Positions 10,099-19,512 of a DNA stretch of 64,000 bases are shown here, piece by piece. The translations under genes and the position numbers were made by a program. Position 1 is the first letter of the stretch, and each line of letters begins with the position of its first letter. Under the pieces are notes generated by a model. That model made no database searches. It saw nothing but the letters and a program-made list of their open reading frames with translations, and was not told the DNA's origin. Origin of the DNA: Desulfurococcales archaeon (GTDB lineage: Archaea > Thermoproteota > Thermoprotei_A > Sulfolobales > Desulfurococcaceae); NCBI GenBank assembly GCA_027022365.1, contig JALVYU010000031.1, positions 320,001 to 384,000 of the forward strand, written 5' to 3'.

Positions 10099-10622
10099 TC
10101 TCCGACACCACCCCTGATCTTATCGATCTCCCTTACTACCTCATCGACATCGCTTCTTTCCTTGGATCCGTAAACTACGTCCTCGTAGACCTCCGCGAAC
10201 CTATAGATCCTCCTATCCCTGCTCATCAATGCCAGTTCTCTCGGCGTGCATGAGAGACAGCCGAAAATCTCTCTTAGCCGAAGATAATAGCTTCTCAGAA
10301 TCTTCTTTATCCCAGCATACTCGTAGATCGCTCCAATAAAAGAACGGCGTTCTCTGGCGCCGAGCTGAACTATTACACGTGTAGGGGCATGGAATCCGCC
10401 ACCATAATAATGGGCCAGGATCAATATCACGGCGATCACTATGGCGGAGAACAAGTAGTATACAAGAAAAGAAAAATGTAGAGCCCCGGCCTGGGGCTGC
10501 TTGTTCATTAATGCTACTGTAGAATTTAGTGTTAAGTTGCCCCTGGGAAACGTGGAATTAATTATGACTGGGTGGGCCGTACTGTTCTCGGGGATGGGTA
10601 TGTACCTTATAGGATTGCTCAA
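10095..10622 (-). CDS. DUF4129-like membrane protein
   Basis: TM segment followed by TPRE...FAEVYEDVVYG; first gene of the MoxR operon. Confidence 0.7.
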   Translation of the reverse strand: MSNPIRYIPIPENSTAHPVIINSTFPRGNLTLNSTVALMNKQPQAGALHFSFLVYYLFSAIVIAVILILAHYYGGGFHAPTRVIVQLGARERRSFIGAIYEYAGIKKILRSYYLRLREIFGCLSCTPRELALMSRDRRIYRFAEVYEDVVYGSKERSDVDEVVREIDKIRGGVGD

Positions 10623-10700
10623 TAACCCCGGGCACCCCAGAGATATAGTATGGTTGATTTTTCCTAAATATATTTGATATTAAAACCGGTTTAAACAGGC

Positions 10701-12230
10701 TTAAGAGCCGCTATCGATGATGCCCCGTATGATTTCCAATTTATCTTTCCTGGAAGGCAGAAGAGCATCGTCCTGGACGTAGTCAAGCCCTAATCTAAGG
10801 GCTTCCTCCGCCTTTGCTAGTTCGCCGCCTATGTAGGAGGCGTGATCGAGTCTCGACAAGAGTCCTTCCCGGATAATGGTGTCCCTGATCTCTCTCGCCG
10901 TCCTTCCTCTGATCAATAATCTGCCCTTCTTACCCATGTAGAGAGCCTCTATGACTCCTTCACGATGATTAACCCTTATCTTGAATATACCCATAGGATC
11001 CATAACGATCCTATCACTTGGTACAGCCTCGACCACCCTATACGGCTTTTCAAAGCCCACCCAGTGGAGAATTCTAGGCTTTACCAAAAGCATATCAATG
11101 CCTAGGTCACGGGGATTTTGCCCGAGATATGCTGAGAGGAGAAACAAGTTGTTCAAAGCCTTGATCTCCTGGAGGCTCCAGTAGAGCTTCTCTTCGAGCT
11201 CCCAGATAAACAGTAGGCCCACGCCCGTCCTAGCCAGTAGTGGAAGGAGCAGCCCGTAGAGCCCATGACTGTCAACGTCGACCCCCCACGCATGGTTGGT
11301 GGGCCAAGCCGATTTAGCAATACCATCAACCACCTCTAGCTGCTTGAGACGATCAAACAGGCTGAACGGATTGGGAGGCAGGGATATGTCGAGAATAATC
11401 CTGTGCGGCTCATCCTCAGCTCTCCTGACCGCAGAGGCTAGATCACTATATGACTCCACAACGACCCCGTACTTGTCCTCAATACTATCAACCTGTTCCG
11501 GCATGACACCATAAACCAGTGAAACCGTTACACCCTCCCCGACTATAGTGTCAAGGTACTGGTACGGCGCCGCTATCCTTCCATCGTACATCCTCAGATC
11601 CTTCACCAGGCCAAGTATTTCTTCGTCGGGCTCTCTCGGCGGAAGAGCGATTATGTCGGGCCTATAGGTTAGAACATAGTTTTTCAGCCAATCAGCGCCG
11701 AGACCGTGATCTAGGATGAGAGCGGTGATGAAGGGAGGCGGATTCAATGGCATCCGTAGATTGTTTATCATGATCGACTCCTTCAGCCGTTCACTCCGGG
11801 CCTTCTCTATGATCTCTCCTAGTTTTTCGCCGATGATCTCCTCAGCGGGGCGATCAGGCTCTAAGTTATCGATACCTATCATAAAGGCCAGGAGGAGCTG
11901 TTCAAGCTTATTAGGCCCACGTACAATCCTTACTCCCAGCTCCTCCATTATCTCCCTTAAGTCTCCTCTCACCAGGCCAGGAACCAGTATGATATCCGGT
12001 TTATCCTCCCCTACCAATCTCTTAAGATGATACAGGACCACGTTGCTCGTAGCGAGACCTATGACCTTCACAGGTATTTTCACAACCTTTACTTCCATAT
12101 CCCTTGAGAGAGGAGCTACATACCTATTAACATATTCCCTAACCATGGGATAAGCATACTCTCCCGTAACTATCCAGATCCTTCTAGCCACACCCATCAT
12201 CTCTTTTTCAGCCACATCATTAAATAACAA
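10701..12230 (-). CDS. Dihydropteroate synthase-related protein (N-terminal DUF6513-like, C-terminal DUF4346-like)
   Basis: IWIVTG..A, DIILVPGLVRGDL...GP, PRDLGIDML, MDPMGIFKI, LDHASYIGGELAKAEEAL..G.DYVQD. Confidence 0.85.
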   Translation of the reverse strand: MLFNDVAEKEMMGVARRIWIVTGEYAYPMVREYVNRYVAPLSRDMEVKVVKIPVKVIGLATSNVVLYHLKRLVGEDKPDIILVPGLVRGDLREIMEELGVRIVRGPNKLEQLLLAFMIGIDNLEPDRPAEEIIGEKLGEIIEKARSERLKESIMINNLRMPLNPPPFITALILDHGLGADWLKNYVLTYRPDIIALPPREPDEEILGLVKDLRMYDGRIAAPYQYLDTIVGEGVTVSLVYGVMPEQVDSIEDKYGVVVESYSDLASAVRRAEDEPHRIILDISLPPNPFSLFDRLKQLEVVDGIAKSAWPTNHAWGVDVDSHGLYGLLLPLLARTGVGLLFIWELEEKLYWSLQEIKALNNLFLLSAYLGQNPRDLGIDMLLVKPRILHWVGFEKPYRVVEAVPSDRIVMDPMGIFKIRVNHREGVIEALYMGKKGRLLIRGRTAREIRDTIIREGLLSRLDHASYIGGELAKAEEALRLGLDYVQDDALLPSRKDKLEIIRGIIDSGS

Positions 12231-12288
12231 GTATTTCTAGAACACCATGTATGATAATATTATTGCACTACAATTATACTCTAACTCT

Positions 12289-13138
12289 CTAATATACACC
12301 GATGAAGATCCCTAGCGCTGAAACCAGTGTGCCATAGACTGCTCTGGGAGACGGCTTTTCTCCAGCTATTACCCTAGAGAACATCCTGCCTAGGACGGGG
12401 CTTATGCTGGTTGCCAGCGCTGTTACCGCTACGCCAACTGTTTTCACCGCGTACAGGAATAGGGTCATGCCTATTCCGAAGCCCAGTCCCCCGGCTATGA
12501 ATCCTAGTATGAAGCCGTTCTTCGTGAAGACATAGGGTGTCTCCCTGTATGATACTGTTGCTAGGATTAGGAGAACTGTTAGGTTCCTGTAGAGGGCTAC
12601 TACTAGTGGTGCTCCGTAGCTGACGGCGAGTCTGCTCAGGGTGGCGCCCATTCCCCATGAGAGAGCTGCTGCTAGGGCTGCGGCTACACCGGCCTTGTTC
12701 AGCCTTTGTTTCTCGCCACTGTAGATCAAATATATTCCTGTCAGGGCGAGGACTGTGCCTATGACTAGTCTTGGACTAAGCTGTTCGTGGTAGAGTATGG
12801 CAGATAGTACTTGTGCTATGAATATATATGTATATCCTATTGAGACTGCGTTTCCTCCCCCTATTCTCTGTATGCTGTATATGTAGGATAGGTCGCCGAG
12901 CAGTGGCCCGAAAACAGCGCTGATCGCTATTACGAGGAGGCCTGCGGGGGGGAATACTTGGTGGTAGTGATGACGCTATAACCATTAACGCCAGTAAGAT
13001 GACGGCGTACATGCTGCGTGCATAGTTGATGATATAGAATGGTTTGTCGCGCCCATACCTGCTTATTATCCCTGGTGCGAGGCCCCAGATCGTGCCCGCC
13101 AGTAGTCCTGCCAGTACGCCTAGCACTATCGTTGTCAT
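12289..13138 (-). pseudogene. EamA/DMT transporter split by a +1 frameshift in a G7 tract (12946-12952)
   Basis: Removing one base joins MTTIVLG...SIPP to AGLLVIAISAVFGPLLGDLSYIYSIQRIGGGNAVSIGYTYIFIAQ... and into the 146-aa ORF, giving a two-domain EamA protein. Confidence 0.85.
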
Positions 13139-13258
13139 TTATAGTCTCGCTCCTCTAAGGATATTACCATGTTATAGCCTTGATTAAACAACTACCTAAT
13201 AAGCAACATTATCTCCGATGAGAGGAAGGAAAAGACATTATGATCCGGGCTTGTGGTG

Positions 13259-13930
13259 CTAGACGGGCCACTTCTCCATCCTGTAGGCCATGTCCCAGAA
13301 CATGTACTCGTACCTGCTACTGGTTCTGAAAATCCATTTCAGCCTCTCGATATCACTGTACCCGATGCCTATCTTGTCGACTGTTTTTATCAAGTCCTTT
13401 GTCAGCTCCCTGTACTCCTTTGACCTGTACGTCTCTATCCATTCACGGTATATCTTGTTCTTGTTCTCCTCTATGAGATCCTCTAGTTGCTCGGGAAGCC
13501 ACATGTATGTCCAGAAGCAGGGTAGTGTTGAGACAAGGCACTCGACCGGCTCTCCCAGACTACATATGCTTAGGACGTGGTTCACGTAGGCGAGAGTTGT
13601 TGGCGCGGGCTCGACGGCTCTGACCTGCTCGAGCGTCAGCCCGATCTCGCCTAGGTGTTTCTCGTAGTTCTCGAGCTCTATGGTCGCATCGCTGTAGGCC
13701 ATCCATAATGCTTTCCTGGTGAGCTCGTAGTCCCTTGTCTTGGCCGCTAATAGTGCGAAACTCCTTGTCATACCCACTAAGAAGTAATAGTCTTGGGCGA
13801 CATAATACCTGTACTTTTCCAGGGGGAGTGTTCCCCGGAATAGTTCCTGGACGAATGAATGGTTCTTTATTGCTTCCCAGATCCTCTTGGAATCCCTGTA
13901 GAGTAGGTTGTGTAGGGGCTCCTCTGCCAT
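13259..13930 (-). CDS. tenA: Thiaminase II / aminopyrimidine aminohydrolase
   Basis: HSFVQEL..GTL...YVAQDY, catalytic LPCFWTY, YREWIETY, YEYMFWDMAY. Confidence 0.95.
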   Translation of the reverse strand: MAEEPLHNLLYRDSKRIWEAIKNHSFVQELFRGTLPLEKYRYYVAQDYYFLVGMTRSFALLAAKTRDYELTRKALWMAYSDATIELENYEKHLGEIGLTLEQVRAVEPAPTTLAYVNHVLSICSLGEPVECLVSTLPCFWTYMWLPEQLEDLIEENKNKIYREWIETYRSKEYRELTKDLIKTVDKIGIGYSDIERLKWIFRTSSRYEYMFWDMAYRMEKWPV

Positions 13931-13934
13931 GCTA

Positions 13935-14474
13935 TCATCTCCTGATAGCTTTCCCTACGGCGGCGGCTACTGCTCCATATACTGCTCCGCTGAACATTGC
14001 TGCTACTAGCCAGAACAGCATTACTGGTGGTGTAGCTATTTCTCCAAAGAGTATCGCGTCGAGTGCTACGCATGGGAATGCTGCGAATACTCCTGCTAGT
14101 GCACCTGCTAGTACTCCCCAGTTCTTATACCCTAGGAGGAGATAGGCCAGCTCGCTTGCAAGTCCCTGGGCTATACCGTATTCGAGGTTTGTGAATCCTC
14201 CCGCTGTAGGTATTATTGTCTCGATCAATGCTCCGAGGGTTTCTCCCAGGAACGCTGATCCCGGCTTCCTAATAAGAGTGGCTGCGAGGGGTGCCCCAAT
14301 ATACCATAACCCGTAGCTTATTGCTCTGGCCAGCACTGGTCCGCCGAGTGCTTTGCCGAAGTAGTAGACGTACCATGCTGAGTAGAACACTATTCCCGAT
14401 ACGACTGCTACTACGCCGAGTATAGCGTAATCAACCGTTGTGTATCTCGTTCTGCCCACCATTTTTATCACCAT
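13935..14474 (-). CDS. ECF transporter S component, YkoE/HMP-thiamine precursor type
   Basis: GLW....LA..LIRKPGSAFLGE and GIAQGLASEL motifs; adjacent to tenA and thi4. Confidence 0.88.
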   Translation of the reverse strand: MVIKMVGRTRYTTVDYAILGVVAVVSGIVFYSAWYVYYFGKALGGPVLARAISYGLWYIGAPLAATLIRKPGSAFLGETLGALIETIIPTAGGFTNLEYGIAQGLASELAYLLLGYKNWGVLAGALAGVFAAFPCVALDAILFGEIATPPVMLFWLVAAMFSGAVYGAVAAAVGKAIRR

Positions 14475-14494
14475 GTTATCTATCCCTAGATAAC
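14475..14494. promoter_or_regulatory. Palindromic operator in the divergent thiamine-gene promoter (candidate ThiR site)
   Basis: GTTATCTA-TCCC-TAGATAAC, a perfect 8-bp inverted repeat between the TATA-like element and the ECF S start codon. Confidence 0.6.
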
Positions 14495-14549
14495 CAGGTA
14501 ATAAATGTTTTAATAACCCAGTAAATATACTGAGACCCCGGGAGAGAAC

Positions 14550-15362
14550 ATGAGCTTCTTCCCCGAAACACTCAAGAGCCTGGACGAGGCCGACCTAGCT
14601 AGGAGAATAATAGATGCAGCGCATGACAGGCTATGGGATATCGCTGAGACGGACGTAGTGGTCGTGGGCGCCGGCCCAGCAGGCCTTACGGCGGCCTACT
14701 ACCTCGCAAAGAAGGGCGTCAGAGTACTTGTTCTCGAGAGGATGCTGGGCGTCGGCGGCGGGATAAGAGGCGGCTCGATGCTCCTGCCAGTAGCACTCGT
14801 CGAGGAGGGCGAGGCCCTTAAGATAGTCGAGGAAGTAGGGGCCCATACAAGGGGACTCGGAGAAGGAGTCTACGCTGTAGATCCCACGGAGCTAATGCTA
14901 AGAATAGCTGTCAGAGCAATAGACCACGGCGCAGTAATATGGCCCGGCGTACACGTGGAAGACCTGATAACGAGGGGAGAAGACAGTGCCTTGCGGGTAA
15001 CAGGAGTACTGATAAACTGGACGGTAGTCTACGAGTCAGGGTGGCACGTGGATCCACTCTATATATGGAGCAAAGCAGTGGTAGACGCGACAGGCCACGA
15101 CGCCTACATAGTGAAGATCCTGGCAGAGAGGCATCCGGAGCTCAGCCTCCTAGTACCTGGGATGCAGAGCCAGGACGTCTGGCGCGGCGAAGAAGAAGTA
15201 GTTGAGAAAACAGGACGGGTAATCCCCGGCCTATACGTAGCAGGAATGGCGGTAGCGGAGCTGTACAACACGCCGAGAATGGGCCCGATAATCGGGGGAA
15301 TGCTTGTCTCAGGCAAGAAAGTAGCAGATCTTATAACTGATGATTTGTCCAAGAATCCCTAA
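14550..15362 (+). CDS. thi4: Sulfide-dependent ADP-thiazole synthase (His-type Thi4)
   Basis: VVGAGPAGL, WHVDPL (His rather than the suicide Cys), VDATGHDA, PGLYVAGMAV, PRMGPIIGGMLVSG. Confidence 0.95.
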   Translation: MSFFPETLKSLDEADLARRIIDAAHDRLWDIAETDVVVVGAGPAGLTAAYYLAKKGVRVLVLERMLGVGGGIRGGSMLLPVALVEEGEALKIVEEVGAHTRGLGEGVYAVDPTELMLRIAVRAIDHGAVIWPGVHVEDLITRGEDSALRVTGVLINWTVVYESGWHVDPLYIWSKAVVDATGHDAYIVKILAERHPELSLLVPGMQSQDVWRGEEEVVEKTGRVIPGLYVAGMAVAELYNTPRMGPIIGGMLVSGKKVADLITDDLSKNP

Positions 15363-15561
15363 AACATAGTATTACAAGCCTTCTGAAGATGAAGAAATAC
15401 AGGCACGTTCAATGTGTCTCTCCAGCATTCCTTCAAGGACCTACAGTGAATAGCCTTTGTTTCATTCTTATGATATGTGTTTTCGAGATATGAACATCAT
15501 GTTTATATATTCGTTGATTAAAATTAGTTTTTCTCTGACATAGGTACTTCCTCGCGATTCA

Positions 15562-16488
15562 ATGGTGTATGTCATGTTTACGGTAGAGAATATAACACGA
15601 TATTTTGGCAGGTTTAAGGCGCTAGACAATGTTAGTTTTAAGGTTGATAACGGAGAGATTGTCGGATACGTCGGCTTGAATGGCGCTGGTAAAACAACCA
15701 CTATTAGGATTTGCGTCGGCGTTCTCCGCCCTTCCAGCGGCGATGTAGTCGTTGATGGCTACTCGATCACTAGGCAGAAACGCGAGGCCAGCTTCCACAT
15801 AGGCTGGGTGCCCGAGCTACCTATTTTCGAGCTCGACGAGAAGGCTATCGACTACTTTGTCTACCTGGCCGGATACTACGGCTTGTCCAGGAGCGAGGCG
15901 CGCAGGCTTGGGAAGGAGCTTTTCGAGCAAGTAGGGCTGTCTAGGTTCATGGAGCGCAGACTCAAACACTACAGCCTAGGCATGAAGAAGCGTTTTGCCC
16001 TGGCGGTGTCGATGATTAATGATCCACGCAACTTCTTCTTCGACGAGGTCTTGAACGGCCTCGACCCTAAGGGAATAGCTTTCTTCAGGGATCTGGTGAA
16101 GCGGTTTAAGCGTGAAGGCAGGGCAGTGCTGTTTTCAAGCCATATACTGAGCGAGGTTGAGAACATAGCCGACAAGGTTGTATTCATCCACAAGGGCAGG
16201 ATCATCGCCGTCAAGACCATGGATGAGATCAAGAGCATGGTTAAACCCGCCCTGGTCGTGAAGGTATCTAATCCTGACGACAAGCTACCAAAGATCCTAG
16301 AGAAGTACGGGGAGGTCAGAGCCAGGGACGGGAAATACATCTTAGTGTTCAAGGAGAAGCCGGACAAAAACCAGATAGTCAAGGAGCTCGTTGAGAACGG
16401 CTATAGCGTCGAGGAGATCAGGCCAGCCAGGACCAGTCTCGAGAAAGTATTCTTCAAACTAATAGGCGAGGCGGGGGAGGAGCGGTGA
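15562..16488 (+). CDS. ABC transporter ATP-binding protein
   Basis: GLNGAGKTT, YSLGMKKR, FFFDEVLNGLDP, SSHILSE. Confidence 0.95.
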   Translation: MVYVMFTVENITRYFGRFKALDNVSFKVDNGEIVGYVGLNGAGKTTTIRICVGVLRPSSGDVVVDGYSITRQKREASFHIGWVPELPIFELDEKAIDYFVYLAGYYGLSRSEARRLGKELFEQVGLSRFMERRLKHYSLGMKKRFALAVSMINDPRNFFFDEVLNGLDPKGIAFFRDLVKRFKREGRAVLFSSHILSEVENIADKVVFIHKGRIIAVKTMDEIKSMVKPALVVKVSNPDDKLPKILEKYGEVRARDGKYILVFKEKPDKNQIVKELVENGYSVEEIRPARTSLEKVFFKLIGEAGEER

Positions 16489-17981
16489 AGAGGAGCCTTG
16501 TCCCGGTAATATATGATTTCAAACGCTCATTCCTCAGGGCTTCAACACTTGTATTGCTCGTATTATTCATAGTGGCCGGGATAGGATTATCGTATCTAAG
16601 CTACAGCATAGTCTCGAACCTTGCCGGCCCCGTCAGAACACTCGGGATAATAGCCATGGATAACGGCAATACAACAGTCTATGGCGTAGCCTATGACCTG
16701 GTCGGAAGACAGTTGAGCGGTGCGAAAATATTGTTCCTAGACAAAATGGGGAGAACAATATATGAATCCCGGGTCGATGGACTGTATCATCTAAGCTTCA
16801 AAGCACCTATTAATGATAGAATAGCTAGGGTCAGGATAATATATAATGGTAAGAGAGCAGACGAGGACGTCCTACCCCTAAACTACGTCAATAAGACATA
16901 CTATATCCTATACTATGCAAATCCTTTCTCTCTAACCGAGAGCGATGGAGTACTATGGATGCCCCCAGATAACCCGAGGACATATGCTGTTGTTTCCCTC
17001 ATAATGCTGGATAAGAGCTCCGGCGAGGCTCTACTCCAGGTATTGTCGTTCAACACCGCTGATCATCGGCTTAAGCCGAACTACGAACTAATCATCGGCT
17101 ACATGAAGCTGAGCAGCAACGGCCCGGATACCACTTACATCAACGCAAGCAAACTGCCACATATAGTCCCTTATAAGGTTATCAATATTAGCGACCCTTA
17201 TGTTAGATATAGGGTTAAACTAGATCCCAGCTATAACGCCATAGTGGTAAGGGTTAATGGATCAAATGAGACCTTGATAATAAGATACGATAGGCTACGG
17301 CCTGCGAAAGGGTTCATGATAGAATCAATGCTTAGCTCGAGCGGCCTCCAGTTATTCCTCAACTTCTTCCCCATAGTCTTCCTCTACCTAGCATATAAGC
17401 TGATATCTAAGCCTAAGGCCAGCGGCGCGCTCGAATTCATTCTAGCGAGGCCGGTTACTAAATGGGATCTATATGTCACGCGTTATGTGTCAGGAGTCCT
17501 AACCGCCCTGGTTTCATCCGCTATCTTCGTAGTAGCCCTCGACATCGGCTTTGCGGCTTTATGGGGCATAGCTTTCGGGGCTTACACGTCTTTTCTGCTC
17601 TTCCTAGCGATATTCCTGGGCCTGGTTGCATGGTATAGTTTCTGCTACCTATTGTCGTCCGGGCTGAAGAGCTCCTCAGGCTACTTAGCGCTCTCTATAG
17701 TATTCTATTTGTTGTTCGCCATGTTCTGGGGCCTCATAACGTTCTTGGTCGCTCTGCAGATAGGGGCCGGTTTCACGGGTGAGGCCTGGGAGAGCCTCAG
17801 CTACAAGCTCAGCATGCTGAACCCGATTAAGGTCAGCGACCTGATAATATATTATGTTAGGCTGCATTACGGCTTGGTCACGCCCATACAGTGGATTAAC
17901 CCCGGCATCGTGGCTGGGGCGATCCTCGCCTGGATAGTAGTGCCATTCATACTCGGCTATCTCGTGTTCAAGAAGGACTGA
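16485..17981 (+). CDS. ABC transporter permease with a large extracellular domain
   Basis: N-terminal TM, ~240-aa soluble loop, C-terminal TMs with GALEFILARPVTK; GTGA overlap with the ATPase. Confidence 0.88.
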   Translation: MKRSLVPVIYDFKRSFLRASTLVLLVLFIVAGIGLSYLSYSIVSNLAGPVRTLGIIAMDNGNTTVYGVAYDLVGRQLSGAKILFLDKMGRTIYESRVDGLYHLSFKAPINDRIARVRIIYNGKRADEDVLPLNYVNKTYYILYYANPFSLTESDGVLWMPPDNPRTYAVVSLIMLDKSSGEALLQVLSFNTADHRLKPNYELIIGYMKLSSNGPDTTYINASKLPHIVPYKVINISDPYVRYRVKLDPSYNAIVVRVNGSNETLIIRYDRLRPAKGFMIESMLSSSGLQLFLNFFPIVFLYLAYKLISKPKASGALEFILARPVTKWDLYVTRYVSGVLTALVSSAIFVVALDIGFAALWGIAFGAYTSFLLFLAIFLGLVAWYSFCYLLSSGLKSSSGYLALSIVFYLLFAMFWGLITFLVALQIGAGFTGEAWESLSYKLSMLNPIKVSDLIIYYVRLHYGLVTPIQWINPGIVAGAILAWIVVPFILGYLVFKKD

Positions 17982-17989
17982 TTACAGGG

Positions 17990-18042
17990 AGAAAAATAAG
18001 AAAAAAACTGTTTGTTTCGGGGAAAAACCTATCTTTTCCCCG
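17990..18042 (-). terminator. Hairpin plus T-tract terminator between convergent operons
   Basis: CGGGGAAAA-ACCTATC-TTTTCCCCG (18018-18042) directly after the symporter stop, followed on the minus strand by TTTTTTTCTTATTTTT. Confidence 0.65.
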
Positions 18043-19512
18043 TTACTCGTATTTTCTACTCGTCGGCAAACTGACAATTATGAACGCTATTGTCCCCGCT
18101 GCCAGGGCTGGGACTGCCGCGATGTAGATGCTGTCCCATATAGCCCAGTCCAGCTCGCCCTCTACAGCGATCGTGGCCGGCAGTGTCAGCAGTATTAGGG
18201 CAATCCATACCGTGAGGTTCACGGCTATGCTCGCATACGCCCCTTGTTTCGTCGCGCGTCTCCAGTAGAGCCCTAGTATGAAGGGTATTCCCTGTACCAT
18301 CAATATCAGCTCCCAGCTAAGATTCATTAGGAAGTATATCGTCTTGCCGTAGAAGGCTATCAGGAGGCTGATCACAGTTATGATCGGGACAAGTATCCTG
18401 CCCAGCAACAACTTGGTCTTCTCACTGGTTCCAGGCCTTATCTTCGGCAGTATATTGTTGACTATCATGGTAGAGGGGATGAGCATCGCGGAGTCAGCGC
18501 TGCTCATGAGGGCTGCGAGAAGGCCTATGCTGAAGATCACGAAGGGTATTGTCGGCAGAAGCTTTAGGCCGAGGGTTGGCAGGATCTCGTCGGGATTGGA
18601 TAGGTTGGGCACTATTAGGCGGCCGAAGATACCGATAGTAGCGGGCACTAGTCCCAGCAACACATAGGTTATCCCGGCGGCGATGCTTGAGTATTTGCTG
18701 ACCTTCTCGTTCTTGGCCGATAATGCCCTCTGGACCAGGTCCTGGCAGCTGAGGCTTCCTATTCCCTGGACAAGCCATGAAGAGATGTAGAAGCTCGCGC
18801 CCAGCAGGCCAACGTATCCCAGGTATCCCCAGTTGTTTTCGGGAAGTATTGAGAAGTCGCTTAACGGTATCTTTGACCCGACGACTCCTAGCCCGCCGGC
18901 AGCGCTGATAACGAAGGGGAGGAGTATGATTATCCCCGTGATAAGTAGCATTGACTGGAAGAAATCTGTTACGGCAACACTCCACATGCCGCCCAGCGTT
19001 GTATATGCTACCGTGACTATTGTTCCGAGCAGTAAACCGTACGTGTAGGGTAGGCCTAGGAACACCTTGAATATCGTCCCGAAGCTCAGCAGTAGGCTCG
19101 CCATCCATCCCATGTAGGCTATTGTCTGCACTACCGCGGAGGCCAGCTCCATCCCGCCGCCATACCTGTCCCTGAAGAAGTCGCTCACAGTCATGTATCC
19201 TTTACGCCTCAGTATCCCGGCGAAGAATAGGCCGAACAATATGATGCAGAGCCCGGCCCCGATGGGATCCATTATCACGCCGCGGTACCCGTAGCTGTAA
19301 GCCATGCTGGCACCGCCGAGGGCGAGTCCTGTGCCAAACCATGTTGCTAGTATAGTTCCATATGTTAAGAGGTAGCCGAGCCTCCTCCCGGCAACGATGT
19401 AGTCGGCTAATCCCTTCACTCTCCTTGATGCCCAGTAGCCTATGATTAGGGTGAAGACCATGTAGAGACCTATACCTATGAATGCTAGTCCGACCTTATC
19501 CATCACGTTCAC
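18043..19512 (-). CDS. Sodium:solute symporter (SSS) family protein
   Basis: DYIVAGRRL, YTTLGGMWSVAVTDFFQ, QDLVQRALSAK, LAALMSSADS; GTGA overlap with hisD. Confidence 0.93.
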   Translation of the reverse strand: MNVMDKVGLAFIGIGLYMVFTLIIGYWASRRVKGLADYIVAGRRLGYLLTYGTILATWFGTGLALGGASMAYSYGYRGVIMDPIGAGLCIILFGLFFAGILRRKGYMTVSDFFRDRYGGGMELASAVVQTIAYMGWMASLLLSFGTIFKVFLGLPYTYGLLLGTIVTVAYTTLGGMWSVAVTDFFQSMLLITGIIILLPFVISAAGGLGVVGSKIPLSDFSILPENNWGYLGYVGLLGASFYISSWLVQGIGSLSCQDLVQRALSAKNEKVSKYSSIAAGITYVLLGLVPATIGIFGRLIVPNLSNPDEILPTLGLKLLPTIPFVIFSIGLLAALMSSADSAMLIPSTMIVNNILPKIRPGTSEKTKLLLGRILVPIITVISLLIAFYGKTIYFLMNLSWELILMVQGIPFILGLYWRRATKQGAYASIAVNLTVWIALILLTLPATIAVEGELDWAIWDSIYIAAVPALAAGTIAFIIVSLPTSRKYE

